A stretch of DNA of 64,000 bases from Bacteroidales bacterium (GTDB lineage: Bacteria > Bacteroidota > Bacteroidia > Bacteroidales > UBA1402): the NCBI GenBank assembly GCA_028709215.1, contig JAQVXI010000007.1, forward strand, positions 513 to 64,512. The letters run 5' to 3'. Under the pieces are notes generated by a model that searched no databases, was not told where the DNA came from, and saw only the letters and a program-made list of their open reading frames with translations. This document shows, piece by piece, positions 50,442 through 59,480 of the stretch (its first letter is position 1; every line of letters begins with the position of its first letter). The translations under genes and the position numbers were made by a program.

Positions 50442-52085
50442 TCACCGAAGCAGTTTTTTATAACGATCTTCATCCTTCAACAAATCCAAAGCCTCCTCAA
50501 CACAAGGATCACCCTGCAAAGAAGCCCGCAACTTCCCGGACTGAAACCCATACCGACCGGCAATTTCGATGCGCAACAAGCTTTCTATCTCGCTTCGGTA
50601 CACCTGTAAATCCCGATCCAGATCCACAACCAATTTTTGTTCCAACTGTTCCACATCCGCCCGCAAGAATTCCCACAACCGCTCGGCTTGCAATCGCTTT
50701 TGCAACACCTTCATGAGTTGCATGGCCTCCGGCTCGTAATGAAACCCTTTTTCTTTGACAAAACGCACAAACTGTTGATAATCTGCGTCGGTCAAATCCA
50801 AGGATTCATCGCTTGTCCATACCGCCTCCTTTTCATGGCGATAACGCGTCGCAAAATCAAACACGAAAAGATTGTTTACCAATTGGTAGACAAATTCCGA
50901 ACCGGAAGAATCCGAACAAGCAACATCCGGCTCAATCCCTCCACCGTCACGAACGGGCCGGCCGGCACGTGTATAAAACACCTGCGTCAAACTATCCGGA
51001 ATGCGCCCCACGCTCCCATCCTCGTTGCGATGGGCATAATCGATGGCTTGAATGCATCGTCCACTGGGGATATAATACTTTGCTGTTGTAACCTTCAACA
51101 CGCCATTATAGGGAATACTTCGGGTCGTCTGTACCAAACCCTTTCCAAACGTCCTGCCGCCCAAGATTACGGCACGATCTAAATCCTGCAAAGCACCGCT
51201 TACAATCTCAGAAGAAGAGGCGGAGCCACTATTGACCAATACAACCAGAGGCATCAACGTATCTACGGGAGCATGCGTCGTTTTGAACGTCTGATCCCAC
51301 TGACGAAGCTTTCCACGTGTACGGACGATTTCTGCCCCCTTTTCAACAAACAAATTACAGATCGACACCGCTTCATCCAAGAGACCGCCTCCATTGCCAC
51401 GTACGTCCAAAATCATTCGCGTTGCACCACGTTTTTTCAAATCAAGCAACGCTGTGCGCACTTCAAGTGCAGCCTTCTCTGTGAAGCCATTTAAATGAAT
51501 GTATCCGATTTCGGCAGTCAACAGCCCGGCATACGTCACCGGATGAATCTGCACCAGCTTACGCATGATCTTGATCGATAAGGGCTTTTGCGCGCCCAAC
51601 CGCTGCACACGTACATGAACTTCGGTTTCCGGCTCCCCTTTTAGCAACTCGCTGGCTTGCGCCTGCGATGCAGGGGTCATTTGAACGCCATCAATTTCCA
51701 ACAATTCATCCCCAATGAGTAGCCCAGCCTCAGCCGCCGGCATATTTTCATACAAATCCATGACCAACACGCGCCCTTCGCGCACACCAATGATGGCACC
51801 CACGCCACCATACGAACCGGTTGTCATAAATTTTAGATCCTGTGTCTCCGATTCCGGGATATAATTTGTATACGGATCATACGTAGACATCAAACCCTTA
51901 ATTCCATTTTCTATCGCATTATGCGGCGCAATACTATCCACATACCACTGATCCAACTCCCGAAACAACGCATGAAAGACTTCAAGCTGTTTGGATGTTT
52001 CAAAGGCCTTCGACTGTGTCGAAACCGGCAAACATAGTAAGGTACAAACGAATGTTACAACGCCATATTTCCAATACTTACTCAT
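50442..52085 (-). CDS. S41-family C-terminal processing (tail-specific) peptidase with PDZ domain
   Basis: Start at MSKYWKYGVVTFVCTLL (ATGA overlap with the upstream kinase stop). PDZ (AAEAGLLIGDELLEIDG). Catalytic Ser/Lys contexts NSGSASSSEI and TFGKGLVQ. Confidence 0.85.
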   Translation of the reverse strand: MSKYWKYGVVTFVCTLLCLPVSTQSKAFETSKQLEVFHALFRELDQWYVDSIAPHNAIENGIKGLMSTYDPYTNYIPESETQDLKFMTTGSYGGVGAIIGVREGRVLVMDLYENMPAAEAGLLIGDELLEIDGVQMTPASQAQASELLKGEPETEVHVRVQRLGAQKPLSIKIMRKLVQIHPVTYAGLLTAEIGYIHLNGFTEKAALEVRTALLDLKKRGATRMILDVRGNGGGLLDEAVSICNLFVEKGAEIVRTRGKLRQWDQTFKTTHAPVDTLMPLVVLVNSGSASSSEIVSGALQDLDRAVILGGRTFGKGLVQTTRSIPYNGVLKVTTAKYYIPSGRCIQAIDYAHRNEDGSVGRIPDSLTQVFYTRAGRPVRDGGGIEPDVACSDSSGSEFVYQLVNNLFVFDFATRYRHEKEAVWTSDESLDLTDADYQQFVRFVKEKGFHYEPEAMQLMKVLQKRLQAERLWEFLRADVEQLEQKLVVDLDRDLQVYRSEIESLLRIEIAGRYGFQSGKLRASLQGDPCVEEALDLLKDEDRYKKLLR

Positions 52086-53053
52086 ACGCTCAATGCATTC
52101 CGTATAGATTCCCATCCCATTTTATCAATTTTTGAACCAACCACCTCAACCACCTTGCCCGCAACAACGGCTCCATAACTCAAACACTCAGCCAACGGCC
52201 TATTTTGGGCTTTTGCATGGATGAATCCAGCCGCAAACAAATCGCCGGCACCCGTCGTATCAATGCATTCAGAGGGAATTGCAGAAACTTGCGCAAAGGC
52301 AAGCCCTTCCCTGGCCATTGCTCCATCCTCGCCGCGCTTGACCACCGCGATTTTGACCTGTTTTGACAACCAGTCCAACGTTTCCGCAACGGGCAGCCCC
52401 AGTAAGGAAGCGGCTTCTTCTTCATTGGCAAAAACCCAGTCAACCGCAACAGTCAGCAGCATACGCAAAAATTCACGGTTTGCTTCAACCACATTATAAC
52501 TGGCCAAATCCAAGGCAACGAGCGCACCCGCATCCTTGGCCAAACGCATGGCTTTAAGAATCAACTCATGATCCTGAAGCAAATAACCTTCCACATAAAA
52601 CAAATCAACCCCTGTAAATTGTTCAGGAGACAACTCAGCGGCGGTCATTGTCCCGGAAGCACCCAAATACGTAGCAAACGTACGCTCCCCATCGGGACTA
52701 ATAAATACAAGTGACTGTCCTGAAGGAAGATCCCCGTTTAGCATACGGGTTTCTACACCGAAATCACGCATATCTTTCAAATAGAGCAGGCCCACTTCGT
52801 CGGCATGAACCTTACCCAAAAAGGCAGCATGTTGCCCCAATTTGGCAAGTCCGACCATCGTATTTGCCGCAGAGCCTCCACTGACCATTTGAATCGGTAA
52901 GCCGGCAATTCGTTGATTGATTTCGTGAAAACGGGACGCATCAATCAATTGCATGCTTCCTTTTGGAAGCCCCAACTCATTCAAAAGAAGATCAGCGTGT
53001 GTTTTAATTAGAACATCCGTCAACGCGTTGCCCATTCCTAATATTCGAAACAT
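52082..53053 (-). CDS. PfkB-family carbohydrate/nucleoside kinase (adenosine-kinase-like)
   Basis: 323 aa. GGSAANT motif and C-terminal PfkB signature DTTGAGDLFAAGF. Confidence 0.8.
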   Translation of the reverse strand: MFRILGMGNALTDVLIKTHADLLLNELGLPKGSMQLIDASRFHEINQRIAGLPIQMVSGGSAANTMVGLAKLGQHAAFLGKVHADEVGLLYLKDMRDFGVETRMLNGDLPSGQSLVFISPDGERTFATYLGASGTMTAAELSPEQFTGVDLFYVEGYLLQDHELILKAMRLAKDAGALVALDLASYNVVEANREFLRMLLTVAVDWVFANEEEAASLLGLPVAETLDWLSKQVKIAVVKRGEDGAMAREGLAFAQVSAIPSECIDTTGAGDLFAAGFIHAKAQNRPLAECLSYGAVVAGKVVEVVGSKIDKMGWESIRNALSV

Positions 53054-53067
53054 AGCGAATTTTTCAG

Positions 53068-53075
53068 CAAAGATA
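53068..53075 (-). promoter_or_regulatory. Bacteroidota -7 promoter box (TAtcTTTG) for the PfkB kinase/S41 unit
   Basis: Minus strand reads TATCTTTG, 15 nt upstream of the ATG at 53053. Confidence 0.4.
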
Positions 53076-53098
53076 TTGCATTATTCGAGAAATACACT

Positions 53099-53106
53099 TA
53101 CTTTTG
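53099..53106 (+). promoter_or_regulatory. Bacteroidota -7 promoter box (TActTTTG) for the tRNA-Asn pair
   Basis: TACTTTTG lies 29 nt upstream of the first tRNA-Asn 5' end. Confidence 0.45.
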
Positions 53107-53134
53107 CAGCGCATTTTGAAATGCAGCAAAACAC

Positions 53135-53208
53135 TCTTCAGTAGCTCAGTCGGTTAGAGCATCTGACTGTTAATCAGAGGGTCGTAGGTTCAAGTCCTAC
53201 CTGAAGAG
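53135..53208 (+). tRNA. tRNA-Asn (anticodon GUU), copy 1
   Basis: TCTTCAGTAGCTCAGTCGGTTAGAGCATCTGACTGTTAATCAGAGGGTCGTAGGTTCAAGTCCTACCTGAAGAG folds as a 74-nt cloverleaf with anticodon loop CTGTTAA. Confidence 0.9.
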
Positions 53209-53229
53209 CTTGCTAAAAAAGATACTTAT

Positions 53230-53303
53230 TCTTCAGTAGCTCAGTCGGTTAGAGCATCTGACTGTTAATCAGAGGGTCGTAGGTTCAAGTCCTACCTGAA
53301 GAG
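53230..53303 (+). tRNA. tRNA-Asn (anticodon GUU), copy 2 (identical to copy 1)
   Basis: The same 74-nt sequence as copy 1, after a 21-nt spacer. Confidence 0.9.
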
Positions 53304-53307
53304 CAAA

Positions 53308-53332
53308 ACCGGCCGAAAGGTCGGTTTTTTTT
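53308..53332 (+). terminator. Rho-independent terminator after the tRNA-Asn pair
   Basis: ACCGGCC-GAAA-GGTCGGT (7-bp stem, one G-U pair) followed by TTTTTTT. Confidence 0.7.
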
Positions 53333-53348
53333 ATTATACAGTAAGGCC

Positions 53349-53888
53349 ATGCAACAACATCCCCTCGTACGGTTCCGGTACTGCCCCGCCTGCGGTCACG
53401 CAACATGGATCGAACAAAATCCAAAAGCAAAACACTGCACCCATTGCGGCTTCACCTTTTATGCCAATGCGTCATCCGCTGTGGCCGTTTTTATTTGCAA
53501 TCAACAAGGGCAACTCCTTGTTTGCCGACGCAAAAAAGACCCGGCAGCAGGAACATTGGATTTACCCGGTGGATTTGTAGACATTGGAGAAACCGCAGAG
53601 GAGGCGGTTCGCCGTGAAATCCACGAGGAACTCAACCTACAAATCAACGACATCCACTATTTGTTTTCCATTCCAAATGTGTATGAATACTCCGCGATGA
53701 ACATCCACACATTGGATTTGTTTTACCAATGCAGCGTCGATTCGTTTGACAATTTACGCGCAGCCGACGATGTCTCCGATGCCTTTTTCGCAGATCTTAA
53801 CACAATTTTCCCGGATGATTTCGGGTTAAATTCGATAAAAAAAGGTATTATTGCGTTTTTAAAGCGTTCAGAAAAAGTATCCCTATGA
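53349..53888 (+). CDS. NUDIX hydrolase with N-terminal zinc ribbon (NudC-like architecture)
   Basis: 179 aa. CPACGH...CTHCGF zinc ribbon. Nudix box GGFVDIGETAEEAVRREIHEELNL. Confidence 0.8.
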   Translation: MQQHPLVRFRYCPACGHATWIEQNPKAKHCTHCGFTFYANASSAVAVFICNQQGQLLVCRRKKDPAAGTLDLPGGFVDIGETAEEAVRREIHEELNLQINDIHYLFSIPNVYEYSAMNIHTLDLFYQCSVDSFDNLRAADDVSDAFFADLNTIFPDDFGLNSIKKGIIAFLKRSEKVSL

Positions 53889-56800
53889 AACAACGTATCT
53901 TTTTGATCTTCCTACTCGCTCAGAGCCTGAGTATACTGCAAGCACAACAAAGTTCCCCACAGGGTGATCCGGACGATTTGTTTCAATTGGGCAGCCTGCA
54001 ATTTCAAGAAGGCGAATATGCAGCCAGCTACCGCACATTGGACCTTTGGCAACAAAAGAGCAGCAATCCGGGCATGACGGAAATGGCACAATACCTGCAG
54101 GCGGCCAATGCCTACCATCTCAATCGCCGCGATGCCAGTGTACTTCTGATCCGTTTCCTTCGCACCTACCCGGCATCTCCCTACGCGGAAAAAGCCTATT
54201 ACCTACTTGGATGCTCGGCCATGGAGGCCGGACAATTCGACGATGCACTCGAATTTTTTCGTAGAAGTCCGGAATCCAGTTTAAACAGCAAAGAGCTCAT
54301 CGACTATCGTTTTCGATATGCCTACACCAGTATGCGGCTCGGAGATACCAATACGGCTCGCAACTTATTTCAAGACTTAGCCTTACAAGAAAGCCGATAC
54401 ACGGCGGCGGCTTCCTATTTTCTCTCCTACCTCGATTATGCAGAAGGAGATGCGATCAAAGCCAAAGACGGTTTTTCGAAATTTAACGACCACGATCAGT
54501 TTAAGAAAGTCTTGCCCTACTTCAACATCCAATTGAACTATGCCACGGGCAAAACCGCAGAAGCCATTGATTCCGCCAAAGTTTTACTGGATACCAAGCC
54601 CGGGGATCAACAGGCCATGGAATTGCTTCGCATTTTGGGAGCAGCCCACTTTGATGTAAAAGACTTTGCTTCATCCAGGCGATATTACACGCAGTACGCT
54701 GCGTTAAATCCCAAATGGCTCCTGTCCGATCAGTATCGAAGAGGCGTTTTAGCCTACATGGACGGTCGTTACGACGACGCAGAACAACTCTTAGCCAATC
54801 TCCTGGGTCAGCCCGACGCGATTGGACAAAGTGCCGCCTACCACCTTGGAATGATTTATTTCAAGAAGGGTGCAGTGGACATGGCAAGAATGAGTTTTGA
54901 ACAGGCCAGCCTGAGTCATTTTGATAAGGCAACAACCGAAAAAGCCTTGTACAACTATGCCTTGCTTTGTTATCAAACCTCGTTTTCTCCGTTCAACGAT
55001 CAGGTAAATGCTTTTGAACGTTTTTTGAACGAGTTTCCGGAATCCGAACTCAGCGAGCACGTCAATGCGTATCTGGCCGAGGCCCTGCTGACGGGCAAGG
55101 ACTACGTTCATTCCCTCGAAGTTCTTGAACGCATCCCCAATCCGGATGCGCAACTGAAACAAACCAAAGCACGTCTTCATTTTTTGCTGGGTGTCAATCT
55201 GTATAAACAAAGACAACTGCCGGAAGCATTGGAGCAATTCACAAAATCGCTCGATGCCCTGCAAACCCTCAACCTCTCCACGGCTGAAGTCTATTTCTGG
55301 CGTGGTGAGACCTTCTTTGCCCTGCATCAGTACGACAACGCCAAAAAGGACCTGTCCCAATTCGTAAACCGGTTTGGCAGTCCGCAAATGAACGCTTGGC
55401 CGGATGCACTGTACAATTTAGGGTATGCCCATTTCTACACCAAAAACTACCCGGCTTCCTTGGAATGGTTTGAAAAATTCAGCAAAGTGTCCGGCATTCA
55501 ACACGACCTTCGATTGTCCGACGCGTTAAACCGGATGGGAGACGCTCATTTTATGGCACGCAACTTTGTCAAAGCCGATCAGTACTACGAGCGCGCCGAC
55601 AAATCCACCCCGGGCGGTAACGATTACGCAATTTATCAGAAGGCTCAAACGCTGGGCTTGCGTCAACAACATGCAGAAAAACTGGAATTGCTGAGTCGCT
55701 TCGAAACGCGTTTCCCGGGATCTGATTACATTGATGATGTCTTGTTTGAAACCGGACGAACCTGCATCGCCATCAAGCAGAATGCGCTTGCATTGACTTC
55801 GTTCAATCGCCTGATGGAGAAATTCCCGGAAAGCCCGCTTTCCCGAAAAGCCGGCATCCAGGTCGCCCTCTTGCACTACAACGAAGGAAACAGTCCGGAT
55901 GCGATGACGGCCTACAAAACCGTTATTGCACGTTATCCGGGGAGCGAAGAGGCACGCATCGCTTTGAGTGATCTCAAAACCATGCACGTTGCTCAAAACA
56001 CGGTAGCAGAATACATGACTTATGCGGAGAACCTCCCCATTCCTGTCACCCTAAACGCCTCAGAAGCAGACTCTCTCAGCTTCCTTGCTGCAGAAAACCT
56101 CTTGATGAACGGTAAGGAAACCGAGGCCATCAAAGGATTTGAAAACTATCTACAGCAATACCCACAGGGTGGATTTGTGATCGACAGCCATTATCACTTG
56201 GGCAAATTGACGCTGGGCAGCGGCCTTCAAGATCAGGCAATCAATCATCTTAAGGAAGTGACCCGTCACAACGGGCATCGTTATCAGATCGATGCGCTTG
56301 AAACACTGGCCTCTGTCTATTTTGAGGATGTACAATACCAAGATGCACTGCAACAGTATCAACTCCTGGAAACCCGCTCCGAGAATCGGATTACCCGACT
56401 TCTTGCGCGTGCAGGACAAATGCGCAGCCAGTATCGTTTGAATCAATGGGAAGCCAGCATTCAGCTTGCCGGAAGCCTCCTCAAGGAGACCCAGCTGGAT
56501 GCTTCCCTAAAGCAGGAAGCACATTATTTGCGAGCCAAAAGCTATCTATCCATGGGAAATCCTTCGGCAGCCAAAGTAGACTTGACCGAATTATCCAAAG
56601 AAGTTCAATCGGCTGTCGGAGCAGAAAGCCGCTTCTTGCTGGCAGAACTGCTGTACAAGCAACAGTCTCCTTCAGCAGCTGAGACCGAGATACAAAAATT
56701 CATTCAGGAAGGGACGCCACATTCTTATTGGCTTGCCAGGAGTTTTTTACTCTTTTCCGATATACTGGCTGATAAAGGCGAATGGTTTCAAGCAAAACAA

Positions 56801-56896
56801 TATCTGTTAAGCCTGAAAGAAAATTACAAAGCCGACGATGAAATTGCAAGTCAGATCGCAGAACGCCTTCAAAAAATCGAACAAAGAAACAATTAA
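53885..56896 (+). CDS. Large periplasmic tetratricopeptide-repeat protein
   Basis: 1003 aa. Signal peptide without a lipobox Cys. TPR/YbgF-like repeats throughout (many A..Y.LG..Y......A...F units). ATGA overlap with the NUDIX stop. Confidence 0.7.
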   Translation: MKQRIFLIFLLAQSLSILQAQQSSPQGDPDDLFQLGSLQFQEGEYAASYRTLDLWQQKSSNPGMTEMAQYLQAANAYHLNRRDASVLLIRFLRTYPASPYAEKAYYLLGCSAMEAGQFDDALEFFRRSPESSLNSKELIDYRFRYAYTSMRLGDTNTARNLFQDLALQESRYTAAASYFLSYLDYAEGDAIKAKDGFSKFNDHDQFKKVLPYFNIQLNYATGKTAEAIDSAKVLLDTKPGDQQAMELLRILGAAHFDVKDFASSRRYYTQYAALNPKWLLSDQYRRGVLAYMDGRYDDAEQLLANLLGQPDAIGQSAAYHLGMIYFKKGAVDMARMSFEQASLSHFDKATTEKALYNYALLCYQTSFSPFNDQVNAFERFLNEFPESELSEHVNAYLAEALLTGKDYVHSLEVLERIPNPDAQLKQTKARLHFLLGVNLYKQRQLPEALEQFTKSLDALQTLNLSTAEVYFWRGETFFALHQYDNAKKDLSQFVNRFGSPQMNAWPDALYNLGYAHFYTKNYPASLEWFEKFSKVSGIQHDLRLSDALNRMGDAHFMARNFVKADQYYERADKSTPGGNDYAIYQKAQTLGLRQQHAEKLELLSRFETRFPGSDYIDDVLFETGRTCIAIKQNALALTSFNRLMEKFPESPLSRKAGIQVALLHYNEGNSPDAMTAYKTVIARYPGSEEARIALSDLKTMHVAQNTVAEYMTYAENLPIPVTLNASEADSLSFLAAENLLMNGKETEAIKGFENYLQQYPQGGFVIDSHYHLGKLTLGSGLQDQAINHLKEVTRHNGHRYQIDALETLASVYFEDVQYQDALQQYQLLETRSENRITRLLARAGQMRSQYRLNQWEASIQLAGSLLKETQLDASLKQEAHYLRAKSYLSMGNPSAAKVDLTELSKEVQSAVGAESRFLLAELLYKQQSPSAAETEIQKFIQEGTPHSYWLARSFLLFSDILADKGEWFQAKQYLLSLKENYKADDEIASQIAERLQKIEQRNN

Positions 56897-56900
56897 GCTC

Positions 56901-58712
56901 ATGAAACGTACCCATATTTCCTCCCAAATAAAGATGGCAGCTTGTTTGATGTTGGTCTTAACCGGCTTCCAGCAAGGTTATGCGCAACAAGATACACTCA
57001 TCAAGCGAGACCTGACGCTGGAACGCGCTTACCAGCTCGAACTGGAAAAACCGGAACGCAAACTGATTTTACCTGAACTGGAGGAAGCCGATTACACCAA
57101 ACGGGAACCCGTTTTTTCATTAACCGGCACACCGGCGCTCATAACAGGAGACTACAGTCCGCTGCCTCCGCCTGAAATACGTTCCGCGTTCCCGGCACAA
57201 AAACAGTTTGGCTATGTACGGTTGGGCGCCGGTAGCCGTCAGGCCTACTCCGGAGATGCCCAAGTCATGCTGTTACGCAAAGACAATCAAACATTGGACG
57301 TTCGATTGATGCACCGATCCATCTACGGAGACATAAAAAATGCCAGCGAAACGGATGTACGCGCCTACACCAACCGAAATTTGCTCCAGGCAACGTATCA
57401 ATACCATTTCACCCCTTTCGACTTGACGGTCAAAGCATGGGAGGCTTACAATGCATGGAATTATTATGGAGACTGGAAAACGACCACAGATCCGGATCTT
57501 ACAAGTTCCAGTGCCATCATCGCTCCAGAGGCTCAATGGTCTTCAAACACAGCCATTCAGGTTGGTTTGCAATCCAAGCAGCTGCAGCAACGCTTTCATT
57601 GGGCGCTACAGGCCAAGGCGCAACTGTTCCGCCTGGGAAAAGGGCTGACGCACGCGACCTACACGCCCGAAAAGTCACGTGGCGGAAGGGAGCGGGAAAT
57701 TGATTTGCTCGGAAATGTCACCTACGATCTTTCCAACACCTTGCACCTGGGTCTCGATGCCCGACTGCGCCAGTTCCGCCATCGGGCCGCCGAGTCTTTT
57801 GGTGTTCAAGCACTTGATTTTGAAGATCACAGTTGGTTTACGCTCAGCCCTTATGCGAACCTGACGTATCGTCAGTGGGACATCAAGGCGGGTCTTCAAG
57901 TCAGTGTTCCCTCCGACAACGACGAACAATTACGGTACAACCTGATTGCCGGCGGACAAACCTTCCTGAGTGACAAAGCCGTTTTTCGCATCGAGGCTGG
58001 CGGCGGCATCCAGCCCAATTCCTATCAGGAAGGGTTTATGCAAAACCCCTATCTAAATCCTGCGGTACGATTGGAACCGACCTATATTCCATTCAAACTC
58101 AACGGAAGCATCGACTTCCGTCCCATTCGCGAACTGCGTTTGACCCCTCTTTTTGAATACGAGTATACCCGCAACTTGCCCACTTTTTACAACGCAGCGG
58201 CCAGTGGAGGCTGGAACGATCTATTTACCGATCAGGCATACGGTAAGGTTTTTGAAGTGGCTTACCTTAAGACCATTCGCTACACGCTTGGTGCAAATGC
58301 CTTGTTGGTGCCGTCCAAATGGATGAGCTTTACCAATACATTCCGATACAATCTCTTCCACAGCTCAAGTGACGATCCTGCCATTGAGCACTACCTAAAC
58401 AACAACAATCGCAAAACATGGCATCGTCCGGGCATCGTATATCAGGCCAAAATGGATATCTTCCCGGCAGAACGTTTTCAGTTGTTTGCCGGCTACCTCT
58501 GGGAAGGCTTGCGTTTTGCCCCCGGTCGATCGGGAAGTATAGAGGCCTTGCAATCGATAAAGGATCTTCAATTGGGCGGAAGCTGGCAGGCAACACGGGA
58601 TGTGACCATCTTCCTTCAATTCAACAACCTGTTGGATCATCGACACGAAGCCTGGTACGGCTACAAGGTGCACGGTTTTTCTGCCATGCTGGGTGGATCC
58701 GTTCATTTTTAA
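56901..58712 (+). CDS. Outer-membrane beta-barrel protein with a TonB-dependent-receptor-like C-terminal motif and no recognisable plug
   Basis: 603 aa from MKRTHISSQIKMAACLMLVLTGF. Alternating beta-strand pattern rich in Y/G/aromatic residues. C-terminus FNNLLDHRHEAWYGYKVHGFSAMLGGSVHF. Starts 4 nt after the TPR stop. Confidence 0.55.
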   Translation: MKRTHISSQIKMAACLMLVLTGFQQGYAQQDTLIKRDLTLERAYQLELEKPERKLILPELEEADYTKREPVFSLTGTPALITGDYSPLPPPEIRSAFPAQKQFGYVRLGAGSRQAYSGDAQVMLLRKDNQTLDVRLMHRSIYGDIKNASETDVRAYTNRNLLQATYQYHFTPFDLTVKAWEAYNAWNYYGDWKTTTDPDLTSSSAIIAPEAQWSSNTAIQVGLQSKQLQQRFHWALQAKAQLFRLGKGLTHATYTPEKSRGGREREIDLLGNVTYDLSNTLHLGLDARLRQFRHRAAESFGVQALDFEDHSWFTLSPYANLTYRQWDIKAGLQVSVPSDNDEQLRYNLIAGGQTFLSDKAVFRIEAGGGIQPNSYQEGFMQNPYLNPAVRLEPTYIPFKLNGSIDFRPIRELRLTPLFEYEYTRNLPTFYNAAASGGWNDLFTDQAYGKVFEVAYLKTIRYTLGANALLVPSKWMSFTNTFRYNLFHSSSDDPAIEHYLNNNNRKTWHRPGIVYQAKMDIFPAERFQLFAGYLWEGLRFAPGRSGSIEALQSIKDLQLGGSWQATRDVTIFLQFNNLLDHRHEAWYGYKVHGFSAMLGGSVHF

Positions 58713-58724
58713 ACCCGTATAGGC

Positions 58725-59480
58725 ATGCTGATTAAAACACAAGCAATTGTGCTGCATAGCCTTCCCTATTCGGATAATCAATGGATTGTGCACCTGTACA
58801 CCGAAGATTTCGGAAGGGTGCATTACATGGCTACGCTTTCCAGAAACAAAGGCAGCCAGATGAAGCGTGCTTTGTTTCAACCCCTGAGCATCATTGAAGT
58901 TGTAGCGGATCATAAAGGCAGTAAGCAATTGCAACGACTCAAAGAAGCCCGCATGGTATACCCCTGCTACAACCTGTGCCAGGATATGCGAAAGAATGCG
59001 ATTTCCCTCTTTCTTGCCGAAGTCCTGTACCGATCTGCCCGGGAAAATCAAGCAGACTCAAACTTATACCATTTTCTGAGTCATTCCATCCAATGGCTGG
59101 ATGTCTGTACCAACGGTGTATCCAATTTTCACTTGGTGTTCTTAATCAAACTGAGCCGATATTACGGCTTCTTTCCCAATCTGGAGGGTCTGGAAGAGGG
59201 TCGTTACTTTGATTTGCAGGGCGGAGCGTTTGTATCCTCTCAGCCCTTGCACAACGCATGGTTAAAACCGTCGGATGCACAAGCCTTTGCAGGCCTGATG
59301 CGCATCAACTACGAAAACATGTCCGCATTTAAGTTCCAGCATGGACAGCGACTTCATTTGTTGAGACAAATGCTCAACTACTTTCGGATTCACTTGGTCG
59401 ATTTCCCTGAAATCAAATCCTTGGAGGTCATGGAAGAAATCTTTTCGGATACCGATACCGGTGTACCCGGAAGCAAATAA
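58725..59480 (+). CDS. recO: DNA repair protein RecO
   Basis: 251 aa. N-terminal OB-fold segment MLIKTQAIVLHSLPYSDNQWIVHLYTEDFGRVHYMA. Size and layout are typical of Bacteroidota RecO. Confidence 0.75.
   Translation: MLIKTQAIVLHSLPYSDNQWIVHLYTEDFGRVHYMATLSRNKGSQMKRALFQPLSIIEVVADHKGSKQLQRLKEARMVYPCYNLCQDMRKNAISLFLAEVLYRSARENQADSNLYHFLSHSIQWLDVCTNGVSNFHLVFLIKLSRYYGFFPNLEGLEEGRYFDLQGGAFVSSQPLHNAWLKPSDAQAFAGLMRINYENMSAFKFQHGQRLHLLRQMLNYFRIHLVDFPEIKSLEVMEEIFSDTDTGVPGSK

Noticed and set aside
50169-53340. Integrated mobile element at the tRNA-Glu or tRNA-Asn loci.
   Set aside because: No integrase, excisionase, transposase or duplicated tRNA 3' fragment (att-like direct repeat) is visible. The flanking genes are housekeeping genes (rpsT, S41 protease, PfkB kinase, NUDIX).
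53885-56896. The 1003-aa TPR protein as the T9SS component PorW/SprE, and the 14789-16707 kinase/regulator pair as PorY/PorX.
   Set aside because: The TPR protein has no lipobox cysteine, whereas PorW/SprE is a lipoprotein. The response regulator has an OmpR-type winged helix rather than the PglZ/AlkP-like output domain of PorX.
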